Below, piece after piece: positions 39,259 through 52,715 of a stretch of DNA of 64,000 nt. Origin of the DNA: Eledone cirrhosa (taxonomy: Eukaryota); contig OZ024755.1 in assembly GCA_964016885.1 (NCBI GenBank), positions 18,724,001 through 18,788,000 of the forward strand, in the 5' to 3' direction. A model generated the notes under the pieces. It worked only from the letters and a program-made list of their open reading frames with translations. It was not told where the DNA came from and did no database searches. Each line of letters opens with the position of its first letter. The first letter of the stretch is position 1. The position numbers and the translations under genes were made by a program.

Positions 39259-42200
39259 GACTGTTGCTCTCAGCAGAATTTGAACTCAGAATGTAACTCA
39301 GTATATACATAGCTAAATACTATGAAATACATGTTTGCCTGCCAATCTGTTACTTTATTTATTGACTGCTACAGTTATTTACACATCAAATACTGCTGAG
39401 AAATGAAGCTATTATATTTCCTGAACTGTTATGCAACAATTATTATTAAACCTTAATTATGAATAATAACAGGAAGCCAACACCATGTTTATGATGATGT
39501 ACAGGTTCACATATAAGATCATATTTTGTATATCACTTTGGTAATGATTTCAGATACTTATTAGATTCTACTGAATATAATAAAAGTGGACCTGAAAGTA
39601 TATATGATATGGTTATGTATAATAAACATTATATGTCTTGCTATGCATGTTTATAATATATACATATTATATATATATGTCTTCATAAATTCCTCTATTA
39701 TGAATCACACTATATTAGTGCTACTGCTAACTATTGAATATATTCTTAACACACATACACATCATTTGTAAAAGAGTCTTAACGTTTTGGACATTGGTCC
39801 TTCATTAGAAGATAGAATGAGAAATAAAAGTTGAAATAAAAAAAAACGAAAATGAGAAGAGGAAGGAATGGAAAACAATTTTTTTTTTTTTTTAGAAAAA
39901 GCATGTGTGTGTTTAGTCAGTCAATATATATGATGAGTATTTGCTCAGTTTCTGTCTATTAAATTGCCTTCACAAGGTATTGGTCAACTGGAGGCTATAG
40001 CAGGATCAAGCCCAGAATCGTTTTATGTAATCTATTCTTACATATGCTACACATTTATTAAATTGTAACTAAAATAATTTTTAAAATATTTAAATCTAAC
40101 TAAGAATACTTATTTAATAACCCTGTGAACTCTGATCTCCTACTATGTGATGTGTGCAGTTCCCAATAATGGCCATCTCTGCACGGAAATTACTGAAATG
40201 CCAATTAACCCTGAACAGAGATGATAATAATTGTGCAAAGTTAATAAAAATGATGGCAATTCTTTAGCAAAGAAGGCAAGCTAAAGCATTTGTGTAAAAT
40301 CACCCCTGATTTATGTAGAGGTATAAATAACCAACAAACGGAAGTGCATGACAACGTAATTCTAGGATATTGCCGGGATATAGTCAAGAATTATTTATTC
40401 AGACCGGAATACAAAACTGGTAGAGTCAAAGCATTATAAACTTAAAGCAAGTAAAAATAGATATTGTCAAAATAGAAACTCAGGATATATTCTTGCAACT
40501 ATTTAGTTTCTAACAGAACCAATTATCCGCCATAGTTTGTTTGAGATGATCCAATTGCAATTAAAATAATTGATGATTTGAAAGTTGATATATTCACTGA
40601 AATACATCTGATATGAGAAAGTCATAATTATGGATAACTAGTTTATAATCCATTGTTTTATGGGTGAAATAAGTAATATTCAGCTTCATCACCAGACTGA
40701 AACAAAGACATTACTGTGAATTTTACAGATACACATACAGCTAGTCCACTCTGTAAGGTGGTCATGGTAGTGACATGACAAAAAGAACCCAGTCCACCTT
40801 GTTATGTGGTCATTTTAGCGCCTTGATAAAACGCACCCCATCCACACTGTAACATGGTTGGCATTAAGAAGGGTATCCAGTCATAGAAACCAAGCGAAAA
40901 TACAGATCTGTATGAGCAAAATGTGGTCTCTGGACCTGACTTGTCTAATAACGTGACAACTCATGCAAGTGTGGAAAATGGACATTTAATGATGATGATA
41001 CACACAGACACACATATATATATAGAGAGAGAGAACATTGACAGAGAACACTCATTTCCAGTATGAATCAAAGCATTTTAAAACATTTAGAATATTCCCC
41101 CCTCATTTTTTTAATTTTTATTTGTCTTCCATGAATTTTATTTGTAATTTTAGAACGTTTTTGACAGACCGTACCATTCTTGTGAAAGGTGGGCAAAAAG
41201 GCTGCACAGTTATAATATTGATTCAAGTTCCAATATTTTGAAGAGTTTCAACAATGAACTTCCTAGAAATGTTTTCTAAACTTACCTTAATGTCTTGACT
41301 ATCCTCTGGCTTTACAGCATATATTCCTTTCTAGAAACAAAACAGAAAATAAGAAAATATAATAAAATATATAATTGTGAAAACAAACCAAATTAAATAT
41401 TTCAAAGTAGATAAATTCTTTAAAAAATATAAATGGAAAAATTGAAAAATGTTTAGATTTGAATATCATGATATTGATGGAGAAACAATAAATGAAATTT
41501 GGAGGAACACTTGGAAAGGAGCTGACCATCAGATCAAAGTAAGGAAATTATGAAAATTGAAGTAGAAGGCTTCAATGCAACATTTATTTATTTTTTTTTT
41601 TTTTTACTAAATAAAACGAAAAAAAAAATGGGTATCAAAACACATAGGAGTCAAGCTCATGCTTCTTGTTTGCTGAACAAGTATGCTACCATTACTCCGA
41701 TATTTGACTATTTCAATTTTCAAACTCCACTTTCTAAGCATACTTCAATTATCTCTAATTGATCCGGCTGAAACCCCAAGTGTGACCTGCCAAACTCATG
41801 GATGTTATCCAACCATCTTGCCCAGGGTCTATCTCTAGGTCCCCTGCCAGTTGGTTTAGCCCATAAAATTTATCTAGTTATAACTAAATGTGTATTGTTT
41901 CATACTAATTCTTTAGGGTTATTGTTATCTAGATTCTGTAGAAACAGCTCCACTGTTCTAACTAAATATATATTTAGTTCAATATTAATTCTTTAGTGAT
42001 ACAAGCTACATTATACTTCTATTGGGAACTCAATTGTATTTTCATTGAAAGACCAGCAGAATATGTGAGCTCTACCATCCATAACTTGAGTCTATTCCAA
42101 TACAAACAACTCCAACAATATTTGCAACCAGTAGATAGTATCAGCAATGGAAAGACCAATGGAAACATTGTTTCTTTGGTCTGATTTGACGATTTCCACC

Positions 42201-42821
42201 CCATTTGGTACATGAATGAGGTCTGGGACTTTGTCAATCAACTCAATCAATCGATCAATTTGAAAACGCAAATACATTTTACAACATTTTACGTTACATC
42301 CACAATGCTATTCTAAATTTACTACTTCGCTCTCTTTATCAAGACAAATATACACTTCACCAAAAATATGCATACACCCCAAAATAGCTACAAAATCAAT
42401 TTCCTCTCTGGCCCAAACTCTGCATTATGCTATGGCATCTCTATATAATATATTTCAAGAAATCAAACTTCCTACACACTGAATGAACTATTTTAAACCT
42501 GTTTCTGCTATATCATAAATAAATATGACAAACAGAAGGATAGTAAACTGAATAAAACACATTCACATAGCCACATTGTGTTCACTGGTTGATGGGGAAC
42601 CAATACGAACTCAAAAGAAACTAAAATGCACTCAAATGTGTTGATTAATTTTAAACATGTATTCAACTATTTCTAGTTTCCATATTTTAGCAGAACTGGT
42701 TGTGCTAATACAACTACTTTTATAATCATCATCATTATCATCATCATCATCATTAGTATCTCTTAATATTAAGAATTTGATTCTATTGAATTTCTCTCTG
42801 TGTTCTAAGATGGCAGTGTAT

Positions 42822-43038
42822 GCCATTTTACAGGTGAAACCAACTGGTAGGAGACCCAGGGGTAGACTCCAAGCAAGATGGTTGGATAAAATCCATGAGC
42901 TTGGCTGGTCATGCTTGGGGATCCAGCTGGATCAGTTGGAGACAGTTGCTTCTGACAAGACCCACTGGAGGGAGTGTTTGAGGACTCTTCCCCCATGACC
43001 CTCTCAGGAATAAGTGGGCAAAGAAAAGAAGAGAGAAG
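42822..43038 (+). mobile_element. RTE (Expander/Rex3-like) LINE 3' fragment; others at 28735-28900 (+) and 41760-41862 (-)
   Basis: PTGRRPRGRLQARWLDKIHELGWSCLGIQLDQLETVASDKTHWRECLRTLPP. Confidence 0.8.
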
Positions 43039-43819
43039 ATGTATTCAACTATTTCTAGTTTCCCTATTTTAGCAGAACTGGTTGTATTAACACAACTGTT
43101 ATAATCATCATCATTATCATCATCATCGTCACTAACATCTTTTATTTTGGCTCTATTGAATTCCTCTGTGTTCTAAGATGGCAGTATATACCTGTTTTTT
43201 TTTTTACCAAATAGAATGTTAACAACAAAAATATGGGAATTAGGGTGCAGCTAGATTCAAGGGTCCTTATTATTGGACTGCTCCCTTCCAACAATGTCTT
43301 CTATCAATCTCTTCTTTAGTGGTAAGTAACTCTCAGCAGAAGGACTTCAGAGAAGAAGCCCTCCCTACTCAAGCAAGTATTTTGGCCCTTAACTTAGATA
43401 GTAGGGGGTTAGTTTGGAGGGTAGGGTGTGTCTTCAGTGGGGGTTAGTAAATATAGAGTAATGTAAATGCTAAAGGGTTAAACATTTTTTTCTTTTTTAT
43501 AGATATAATCCTTGTCCAGAGAAATGGAATGCGTTTCATAAAAACAACTTACTGAGCAATAAGTGTCAATCTCCTGTAAATTTAGCCCAATTTTAATTAA
43601 GAAGGATAATGTAATACTTATGTAAGAAAAGCAGGCAATAAAAAGAAGTATAAAGGAAACAATAAAGACAACAATTATCATGTAGTTAATTCTGTTTCAT
43701 GTGTATGTAACATTTATCAGATCATCGGGAACGAAATATAGAAAACTGCACGTGTGGAATATCAGAACAAGATCTTGTAAGACTATACACTATATGGAGA
43801 GTGTGAAAGAGAGAGATCT

Positions 43820-43949
<130 letters not shown>

Positions 43950-44201
43950 AGAGGGAGATACAGAAATAATTTCTCTAAATAATCCGGCCTTAGAATAAAA
44001 TACAAAAGGTTTCGAGGACCTCAACAAAAGGAATGTCACTACACACAACTTTAGACCTGATTCTCAAGATATAATAGTGACAAAACAGAAATCCAGTATA
44101 TGACAACACCCAAATGTTTGTTTTATGATATAAATGATTTGACACTATACCAGAGCAGAAATAACAAATTATATGCACTTGTGGGTGTAGAAATACACGT
44201 G

Positions 44202-44230
<29 letters not shown>

Positions 44231-44232
<2 letters not shown>

Positions 44233-44893
44233 CATCATCATCAGCATCGTTTAACGTCCATCTTCCACGCTTGCATGGGTTTGGACGGGAGTTTTCCCAC
44301 TTGCGGCAAGAGTGGTTGTCCTGCTCGCATAGGACTGTCTGGTTGGTTTTCTATGGGTGGATGCCCTTCCTAACACCAACGTTTACAGTGTGGACTGGGA
44401 GGTTTTTACCGTGTTACCTACACGGCCACATTACAGCATGGACTGTGTGTTTTTTTGTCGTGACACCTACATGACCTCATTTGTTTCGGACTGGATGTTG
44501 TGACACCAACATAACTTTACATTGAAAGGGGTGGTGTGGATGGGGTGAGGGTAGTATGACGGGGGTGTATTTTGTTAGAGGTGCCTACTGACTGTAGTAG
44601 GTTTCACTTTGTACTTAGGTAAGGCGGATCTTCTGTATTACTGTGTAGCGCCAAAGATCTCGGACCAGTGACATTGTCTTGGAGAGGTGTAAGTGTGTGA
44701 GGTCGGAATTTATCAAGTCGTCCCACGTTTTTCTGGGTCTGCCTACTCCGTGGCTACCGTCTATTTTTATTGCCCTGCACTTTTTTATACAGCTGTCATC
44801 TTTCATGCGCATCACGTGACCATACCAACGTAGCCTTCTCTCGAGTAAACAACATCTGATCCCTCTTATTTCTAATTTTTCCCTTAGTTCGTT
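44231..44893 (-). mobile_element. RTE LINE 3' end (ORF C-terminus and 3'UTR with (GAT)n tail)
   Basis: [27 protein letters not shown]; ends GGACGTTAAACGATG. Confidence 0.85.
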
Positions 44894-44929
44894 TATATAT
44901 ATATATATATACCTACGTATATATATACC

Positions 44930-44966
<37 letters not shown>

Positions 44967-45100
44967 ACGTATATATATACCTATGTATATATATATATAT
45001 ATATATACCTACGTATATATATACCTATGTATATATATATATACCTACGTATATATATATATATATATATATATATACGTAGGTGATTTTTCTGACTTTT

Positions 45101-45669
45101 AGGTAGAGTGGCTTACTTTTAGCTAGGTACTTTTCCTGTAACTGCCTCACAAGGAAGAGGGCATCAGTGGTGCCTCTTCCTGGTATAAACCCAAATTGCA
45201 TCTCATCTAGTTTCACCCGGTCCCTAATCAACTGTGCTATAACTCTTTGTTACTTTCATCACCTGGTCCATCAGCTTTATACCTCTATAGTTTCCTCTAT
45301 CTAGTGCATCACCTTTACCTTTGTAGCAGTTGACAATGATGCTACTGCACCAATCTTTTGGTATAACACCTTCCAGTATTACGTGGTTAACAATACGTGT
45401 GGTTATAGTGTGACCTACAGACCCAGATGCCTTCAGCATCTTGGCAGCTATACACGATGGACCGGTTGCCTTCCCCATCTTCATATCTTTGATTGCCTTA
45501 CTTCCTACGCTGCTGCTGACTTGTACTGCTGGCTCCTTTATAGGGTCTACTTGGGGTAGGGTCTCTTCTTCCCATGCATTCTCCTCATTTAGTAATCTAT
45601 CATAATGGCTCTTCCATGCACCTTTCTTCTCAGCACTTGTGAGGGCAAGCTCACCTTTATCATTCTGGA
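45101..45669 (-). pseudogene. RTE-clade LINE reverse transcriptase, N-terminal part (frameshifted)
   Basis: MKMGKATGP..IPKDWCSSIIVNCYKGKGDALDRGNYRGIKLM then QFGFIPGRGTTDALFLVRQLQEKY. Confidence 0.9.
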
Positions 45670-46841
45670 TAAAATCAGTATGAGCAGCCAGGTTCAGCCA
45701 GTTCAAACAGAAAGGTGTGAGATAATTCTGGCTGGATACGGACAGTTTAAATGCTAAAGGGTTAAAGATAGAAACAGAATTTGCCATTGGTCACTACGGG
45801 GAATCAAACCTTGTATCTCCCAAAGAAATATAATAGTAATAGGTTTTAAATACATAAATTTTCATGCGTTTTGCGAATTGTGAAGGAACATATGGTTTTG
45901 ATGGGGACAATAAAAATAAGATATTTACTGTAGTTTTGTTAATTTGTAGACACAATTGAAGACAGCAAAAGACATCCTTGATAAAAAAAAAAATCTCTCT
46001 AACAATAGGAAATAATTTTTCAAAGATAACTGAAGTTGAAGTAATACACCTCAGATGGTGTAATACTCATTATTTGAGAGAAGTATTTCACTGATTGCCT
46101 GCCAACATCATTGAATGCCAGTTAATATACCTCATATGATAAAAAGATGTCCGAGCACAAAACATTAAGATGTCAATGTCTGCTCCATAATTTATTTTAA
46201 ATTAAGATTTTCACACTCCTTCCAAATACTAGATAATATGATAATTATAAATTTGTGACTGCAGGTTTAAAGCATGGGAATGGGAATTCTTGAAGAAAGC
46301 TGGCATGTTAATATATATATTCTGATATACTCATCAGTCCAGTTTTACAATTATGGGAAAATAATTTTCTCTGCGCATAATCTAAAACTGCACGTGTTAT
46401 TGTAGTATCAGGCAGGGTTAACTGCGGTGGAAGAGAGTGACATACATGTCCATAATTTTGGATAAAGGGAAAGTCGATTAAATCAACCCCAGTGCATTAC
46501 TGGTACTTTATTTTGTCGAGCCTGTAACGATGAAAGGCAAAGCTAAAGTGGAAGACACTTATTTTAATCATCGGTAGAGTGTCGGAAACCATGCTTTGCA
46601 GCATATATATACAACCATTCATGTTCTGAGTTCAAATCCTGCAGAGGTTAGCTTTGCCTTTCATCCTTACTAGGGTTGATAAAATAAAGTACCAGTAACA
46701 CTCTGGGGTTGATTTAATCGATTTTCCCCTCTTCCCAAAATTGTTGGCCTAGTTTATCACCCATTATAATCACATATGCTATAAACCAGTTATTTTTTTA
46801 TAAAAATATTAGTGGGCGCCATCGTTTTTTGTTATCTAAAA

Positions 46842-47047
46842 CAGGCATGTCAAACTGAGGGTCCCCTGAGGTCCACATGGGTCACATATGTGTTGTCTGA
46901 GGGCCACACTTGACATCTAATTGCGCACATTACAACTAATATTTTTTATTCTATATTACACTCGCGCTGTAAAAACCTTTGTGCGGGCTGAAGGTGTGCT
47001 TGTAAAGGGCTGCATGTGGCCCGTGGGGTGCATGTTTGACATGTCTG
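46842..47047. mobile_element. hAT (Charlie-like) MITE
   Basis: TIRs CAGGCATGTCAAAC / GTTTGACATGTCTG with perfect 8-bp TSD ATCTAAAA. Confidence 0.85.
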
Positions 47048-47675
47048 ATCTAAAAGGCTTCGTCCCAAAGTGATCACAATAAGTAGTTTCCATTCAATAA
47101 TGTATAGTAAGGGTTTATAAAAGAAAAAAAAAAAACATTTCTGCAAACTGCATGATTAACCCAGTTCTTAGAGAAACTAATTTCCTAGAAATTATTTTTT
47201 AAATCTGTAGCATATAATTTCAGTTATCTTCCTGTTTTTACTAGATATCCACAGCAATATATCTAATGAAATTTGACTGTAATAGTATGTTTTCTATTAT
47301 ATTTCGGGTCATAATTACAGTTCTAAACTCTACCTAACTAATTATATATTACCTGTTTGTCTATTTTTAATCCTCCATGCTTGCCCAGTCTCATCTGTCA
47401 CTATATTAGTATTGTAAAGTAAAGGGAAATAGTGTAACTAAAGTAAATGGTTTTTTATGACTGAATTCTCTTCCTAGACAGATCTATACTCTCTGAGGAA
47501 GGAACTGTGCTTATGTCCTTTGAAAACCTTTTAAAATCAGTGAGATTGCTGTGGTTAATGTTTGTCTTAAACAATAGCAAGCTGACACATGTAGGGGTAA
47601 AAACATGCAAGGAGGGAATTCCTGAGACCCAACATTCTGGGGAGGAAGGGGTAGTGTGTACATAATATGAATGAT

Positions 47676-47716
<41 letters not shown>

Positions 47717-48858
47717 GTATGTGATAAGCTTAGGGGATACATTGTTTGAAAGAAATGGTAGGGACATTATTAGGACTGATGACCCTGTTGGTTTGAAGCA
47801 ACCAGACGGGCTTCAAATTTTGTGTGTATGACAGTAAGCATGATTGAGATGAGATAGTTCTGCTAATACAACAGAACAAAATCTTAGGGAGATATGGAGT
47901 TCAATCCTTTGTAGTGGCTGTTGTCAACATTTTTTCTGTCTCTAAGGATCTTTACCTGATTTTTATAAGCTATAAAAATTGCAGCTATTTTTTGTGCCTA
48001 AGTTTCCTACATCTTTTTATAGAAGTTTAGGCTTCGACATAAAATGGTTATGTAAAAGCTCTAAATATAAATCAACTCATAAATTTACCAGTATCTATGA
48101 AAAGTAGGAGAGAACTGAGACAACTAAAAACATTCAATTTTTCACAACTTAGCCATGACTCTAAAGAGTTTTAATTAAATAATTTTACAGTAATTCAAAC
48201 CAAGCATTTTTATCTAACATTTCAACTGACTTTCATTTTTATCTGTAGATCAACAAGTAAATAAACCAGCAATTTGATCTAAGATCCATGGATTAACTTG
48301 GATTAAGCGAAGGAAATGAAAATAAGAAGCCAACAAAATCTAACAAACTTTAATCAGGGAAAAATAATGCATTAACTGAAACACAAATAGGGTTTTAACT
48401 AGGTGTCAGATGTATTTAAAAATATATATTGAGGCAATTAAAAAATATTTACTTTTATTTACTACTCAGGTGTAACATAGAAAATGATAATATACAAGTT
48501 GAAAAGATTAACATTTCAAACCATTTAATTATCTTAGAAAGACTTGAAAATGTATTAAAGTCACTGCATTAAACAAGGCAATTATGTTGAACTTTTCTTT
48601 GTGGCACCTATCCCGTGTGAATATAATCTCCATTTTAATATATTGACACCACTTCCTTACTGTGGGTGTTAGTGTCACTTGACAAGAATATATAGATATG
48701 GGTTTTGATATAAACCTGTCACAAAAGTAAACCACTGATTCATTAAATATGGGAACAATAAAAAATATGAACTAAATATGAGGTGTTACTATATAGCCAC
48801 CCTCTTTGCAATTCTTTTCTTCTGTCCTAAACTCAAGGTGAAACTTCATTTAAATCTA

Positions 48859-49289
48859 TAATAATGGTTTCTTATATAGGCACAAGGCCAGCAATTTTTT
48901 GGGGGAGGGAAAAGTCGATGAAATCGACCCCAGTGCGTGACTGTTACTTTATTTTATCGACCCCGTAAGGATGAAAGGCAAAGTTAACCTCGGCGGGATT
49001 TGAACTCAGATCATAAAGGGCCGTAACTCTATGCGGCAAAGCATGGCGTCCGACCCTCTACCGATACTGCCAATCCACCGCCCTATTTAAATCTATAATA
49101 ATTGTTTCTACTTTAGGCACAAGGCCAGCAATTACCCAGTGCATTACTGGTACTTTATTTTATCGACCCCGTAAGGATGAAAGGCCAAGTCAACCTCGGC
49201 GGGATTTGAACTCAGATCATAAAGGGCCGTAACTCTATGCAGCAAAGCATGGCGTCCGACCCTCTACCGATACTGCCAATCCACCGCCC
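48859..49289 (-). mobile_element. SINE A, two tandem copies (long and short)
   Basis: ATTTAAATCTATAATAAT occurs before, between and after the copies. Confidence 0.85.
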
Positions 49290-49666
49290 TATTTAAATCT
49301 ATAATAATAAATGTGAATTTGTGTGTGCGCGTCCACATGGCTTTTTGGCTTTGGCAAATATAAGTATTGTATTAAATATTAATGGTTGGACAATGATTCG
49401 GAACCCACCAACATCACTTTCTTCTCCCGATGAAAAATATGGATATACCTCATCATATAGATTAGCATTGGTGCTATTGTCTATAACACTCAACCCCCAG
49501 CAATAAGGATGGGGAAGAGACAAGTCTTAAGTATTAAAATATAATTAAGTGTTAAAATTAAATTTGTCATTGCAAGTTTGCACTGTTCTTGCAACATGAG
49601 ATACATCAGTTCAAGTTTCTATCATTTGATATGTGAAAATGATAGAAGCTTGCAGACATTTGTATA

Positions 49667-49847
49667 CAGTGAAATTCTTGTTATAACGATATTCATGGGA
49701 TATAAAAAAAGATTTCTTGTAACGAAAAATTCTTTATAACAAGATGGACCGAAACACATCAAGCATCATGTGGCTGAGGATTTAAAAAAATTTCGTTATA
49801 CTGAAAAATTCCTTATAATGGTATTTGTTATAACGGAATTTTACCTG
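49667..49847. mobile_element. pogo/Tigger-like MITE
   Basis: TA-CAGTGAAATTCTTGTTATAAC ... GTTATAACGGAATTTTACCTG-TA. Confidence 0.65.
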
Positions 49848-50368
49848 TATATTGAAACTGTGAAATGATAGAAACTTGCATACACATGTATATATATATT
49901 GAAACTGTGAAATGATAGAAACTTGCATACATTTGTTTATATTGAAACTGGAACAGCCAAGTACAGACCACTAGAACAGATTGCTATGAGTTAACTCTAC
50001 AGTCTGGTACTTAACATTAACATATTAAAATATTGATTACACACACATATATATATATACAGACAGAGCAAACAGAGCTGCAAATATCATTATAACATTT
50101 ACAATGAAACTATTCCTAGACAGCCAATAGAAATAACAGACTATAGTAATAATTATACATACTTTCATAATTTCTCAATCAACATTTATGATGGGAATTC
50201 TATTAATATAACTTGTCAACTGTTTAAGCAATCATAATAATTTAATTTGATTTCATCAGGTGAGGCCACAGTTTTCTACAAGGGAATTTAACCAAGTATA
50301 TTTAACTAAGAATTTAACCACAGTATATGATGGATATAACAATCTCTTGTTGTTATCATTATTCTCTT

Positions 50369-50900
50369 GGTGGTGAATTGGCAGTATCGGTAGAGGGTCG
50401 GACGCCATGCTTTCTAGCATTGTTACGGCCCTTTACAGTCTCAGTTCAAATCCCGCCAAGGTTAACTTTGCCTTTCATCCTTACGGGGTCGATAAAATAA
50501 AGTATCAGTAATGTACTGGGGAATTGCTGGCCTTGTGCCTAAAGTAGAAACAATTATTATCATGGATTTGGCAGTATCGGTAGAGGGTCGGACGCCATGC
50601 TTTCCAGCATAGTTACGTCCCTTTACGATCTGAGTTCAAATCCCGCCGAGGTTGACTTTGCCTTTCATCCTTACGGGGTCGATAAAATAAAGTACCAGTA
50701 ATGCACTGGTTAATTGCTGGCCTTGTGCCTAAAGTAGAAACAGTTATGTTCTAAGTTCAAGTCCAACCAAAGTTAGCTTTGCTTTTCATTCTTAAGGGGT
50801 TGATAAAATAAGGTACCAGTAACAATCTAGATTCAATTTAATCGACTTTACCCTCCCCTAAATTGTTGGCCTTGTGCCAAAATCAGAAACCTTTATTATT
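50369..50900 (+). mobile_element. SINE A, three tandem copies
   Basis: Consensus matches at about 50369, 50563 and 50747 (last is old and truncated). Confidence 0.8.
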
Positions 50901-51377
50901 ATAGCTTACACCTGCATATGTTAAGCTGGTATCTTATAGCAGTTCTCTTGGATATTTTAATGTCAGAGGCCTCAGACATATCATGTCACCAGTTTTTTGA
51001 TGACAGGAGGTCACACTGAGAACATACAAAACCAGAATAGATACAACCAAGTATTTTATTTTATCTAATGTTTTAACAATTCCACCAACCCATTGCCATA
51101 GGCTGGTACTTTACTTATTTATTGTAAGGTGGTCATGTTGGTGACATGACAAAAAGTACCACCCGCTCCTTCCCGTAAGGTGGTCATATTGGTGACAAGA
51201 TAAAAAGCACCCAGTCCACCCTGTAAGGTAGTTGTGTTGGTGACAAAAAAAAAAGCATCAAGTTCACCCTGTGAACTGGTCATGTTGGTCATACGACAAA
51301 CATCACCCTGCCCACCTTGTAAGGTGGTTGGAAGCAAACTTGTGAGAGAGAGGAGAGAGCAAAAGATGTACATCACT

Positions 51378-51425
<48 letters not shown>

Positions 51426-51498
51426 GGAGTCTTCCAAAAGTAATGGTTGCATTTTGTAAGGGTATGTCAATATTTATTTATAAAACTGGTATATATTG

Positions 51499-51563
51499 TA
51501 TTTTGTCTGATGAAAGCATACCATAATTTAACATGGTATCCTTGAAATATGTATAATAAAATA
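51499..51563 (+). ncRNA. Hammerhead ribozyme motif, family H1
   Basis: TATTTTGT-CTGATGA-AAGCATACCAT..ATGGTATCCTT-GAAA-TATGTA-TA-ATAAAATA; stem II covaries with the 2311 copy. Confidence 0.75.
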
Positions 51564-51748
51564 GATATGGTTTTATAAATATAGTTTCCATTTGTTAATA
51601 TCGTATATATATATATATATATAATATATAAGATCAAAAGATGGTTAAAGGAGTTCCATGTATTTTATTATGCGCATTTACTTTTCATATGTTGATTTAA
51701 AACTGCACTATCCACAAGTGTTTTTTAGCCTTCATATCATGTCCTCCT

Positions 51749-51817
51749 GTTTTATCTGATGAAAACACAAATATTATTGCATGATGATGTTTGTTTTTTA
51801 AATGCGCATAATAAAAT
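51749..51817 (+). ncRNA. Degenerate hammerhead motif (GAAA replaced by TAAA)
   Basis: GTTTTAT-CTGATGA-long stem II-TAAA-TGCGCA-TA-ATAAAAT; palindromic stem III. Confidence 0.45.
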
Positions 51818-51941
51818 ACATGGAACTCCTTTAACCATCTTTTGATCTTATATATTATGTATACTCCAGTCCTACAAACTGTAGAGTGCTTCTTATCCGA
51901 TATCTGCATTGCTTTATTGTACTACAATAAAACTCACCTCC

Positions 51942-51978
<37 letters not shown>

Positions 51979-52247
51979 ATACTTGGGAGGGTCATATTTG
52001 TGTAATATTGCCAGAATTAATAACAGAACACACTCACTGTTTGGTTGGTTTTTGCTTTTCGCTTCTGTGTCTTTTATATCGGTAATCTAATTTATTCGGT
52101 CCTCAATGTTGCCATTGACTGACCAACGGTCAAAAATAATACAGATACAATATAGACACAAACACATATATATAGTTTATCAAAGTTCTTTCATTGCACA
52201 TCAAAAACCTTGCAAAACTAATTCATCGCCGTTATATATATATTCAT

Positions 52248-52279
<32 letters not shown>

Positions 52280-52292
52280 GTGTACATACTCA

Positions 52293-52323
<31 letters not shown>

Positions 52324-52513
52324 CATGCAAGCGTGGAACATGGACGTTAAACGATGATGATGATATATATATATATGTGTAGAAGTTATATTTAATTTGT
52401 TGGAATTCTGACAAACTTAAATGTTTATAACTGATTTAGAGCACTCAACAAGTTACTGGAGTAAATATTCCAAGATATTAAATAAATGGAAACTATATTT
52501 ATAAAACCATATT

Positions 52514-52578
52514 TAATTTATTATATATATTTCAAGGGCAACCAACCCAACCTTGGTGCGCTTTCATCAGGTAAAATA
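52514..52578 (-). ncRNA. Hammerhead ribozyme motif, family H1
   Basis: Minus strand TATTTTAC-CTGATGA-AAGCGCACCAA..TTGGTTGCCCTT-GAAA-TATATA-TA-ATAAATTA; core intact, stem I has two mismatches. Confidence 0.65.
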
Positions 52579-52638
52579 CAAAGTTTGTTTTATAAATAAA
52601 GACGTACCCATGAAAATCATACCTTATCAGTCGGAGAT

Positions 52639-52715
<77 letters not shown>

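Noticed and set aside
40318-40350. TATAAATA followed by ACGGAAGTG (ETS-like site)
   Set aside because: Short motifs expected by chance in 64 kb of AT-rich DNA; no linked exon
47776-47815. CTGATGA followed by a hairpin (other isolated CTGATGA at about 15404, 24700, 25384, 53098)
   Set aside because: No properly placed GAAA, stem III or stem I
49299-49523. Non-repetitive 74-aa minus-strand ORF
   Set aside because: No recognisable motif or convincing splice sites
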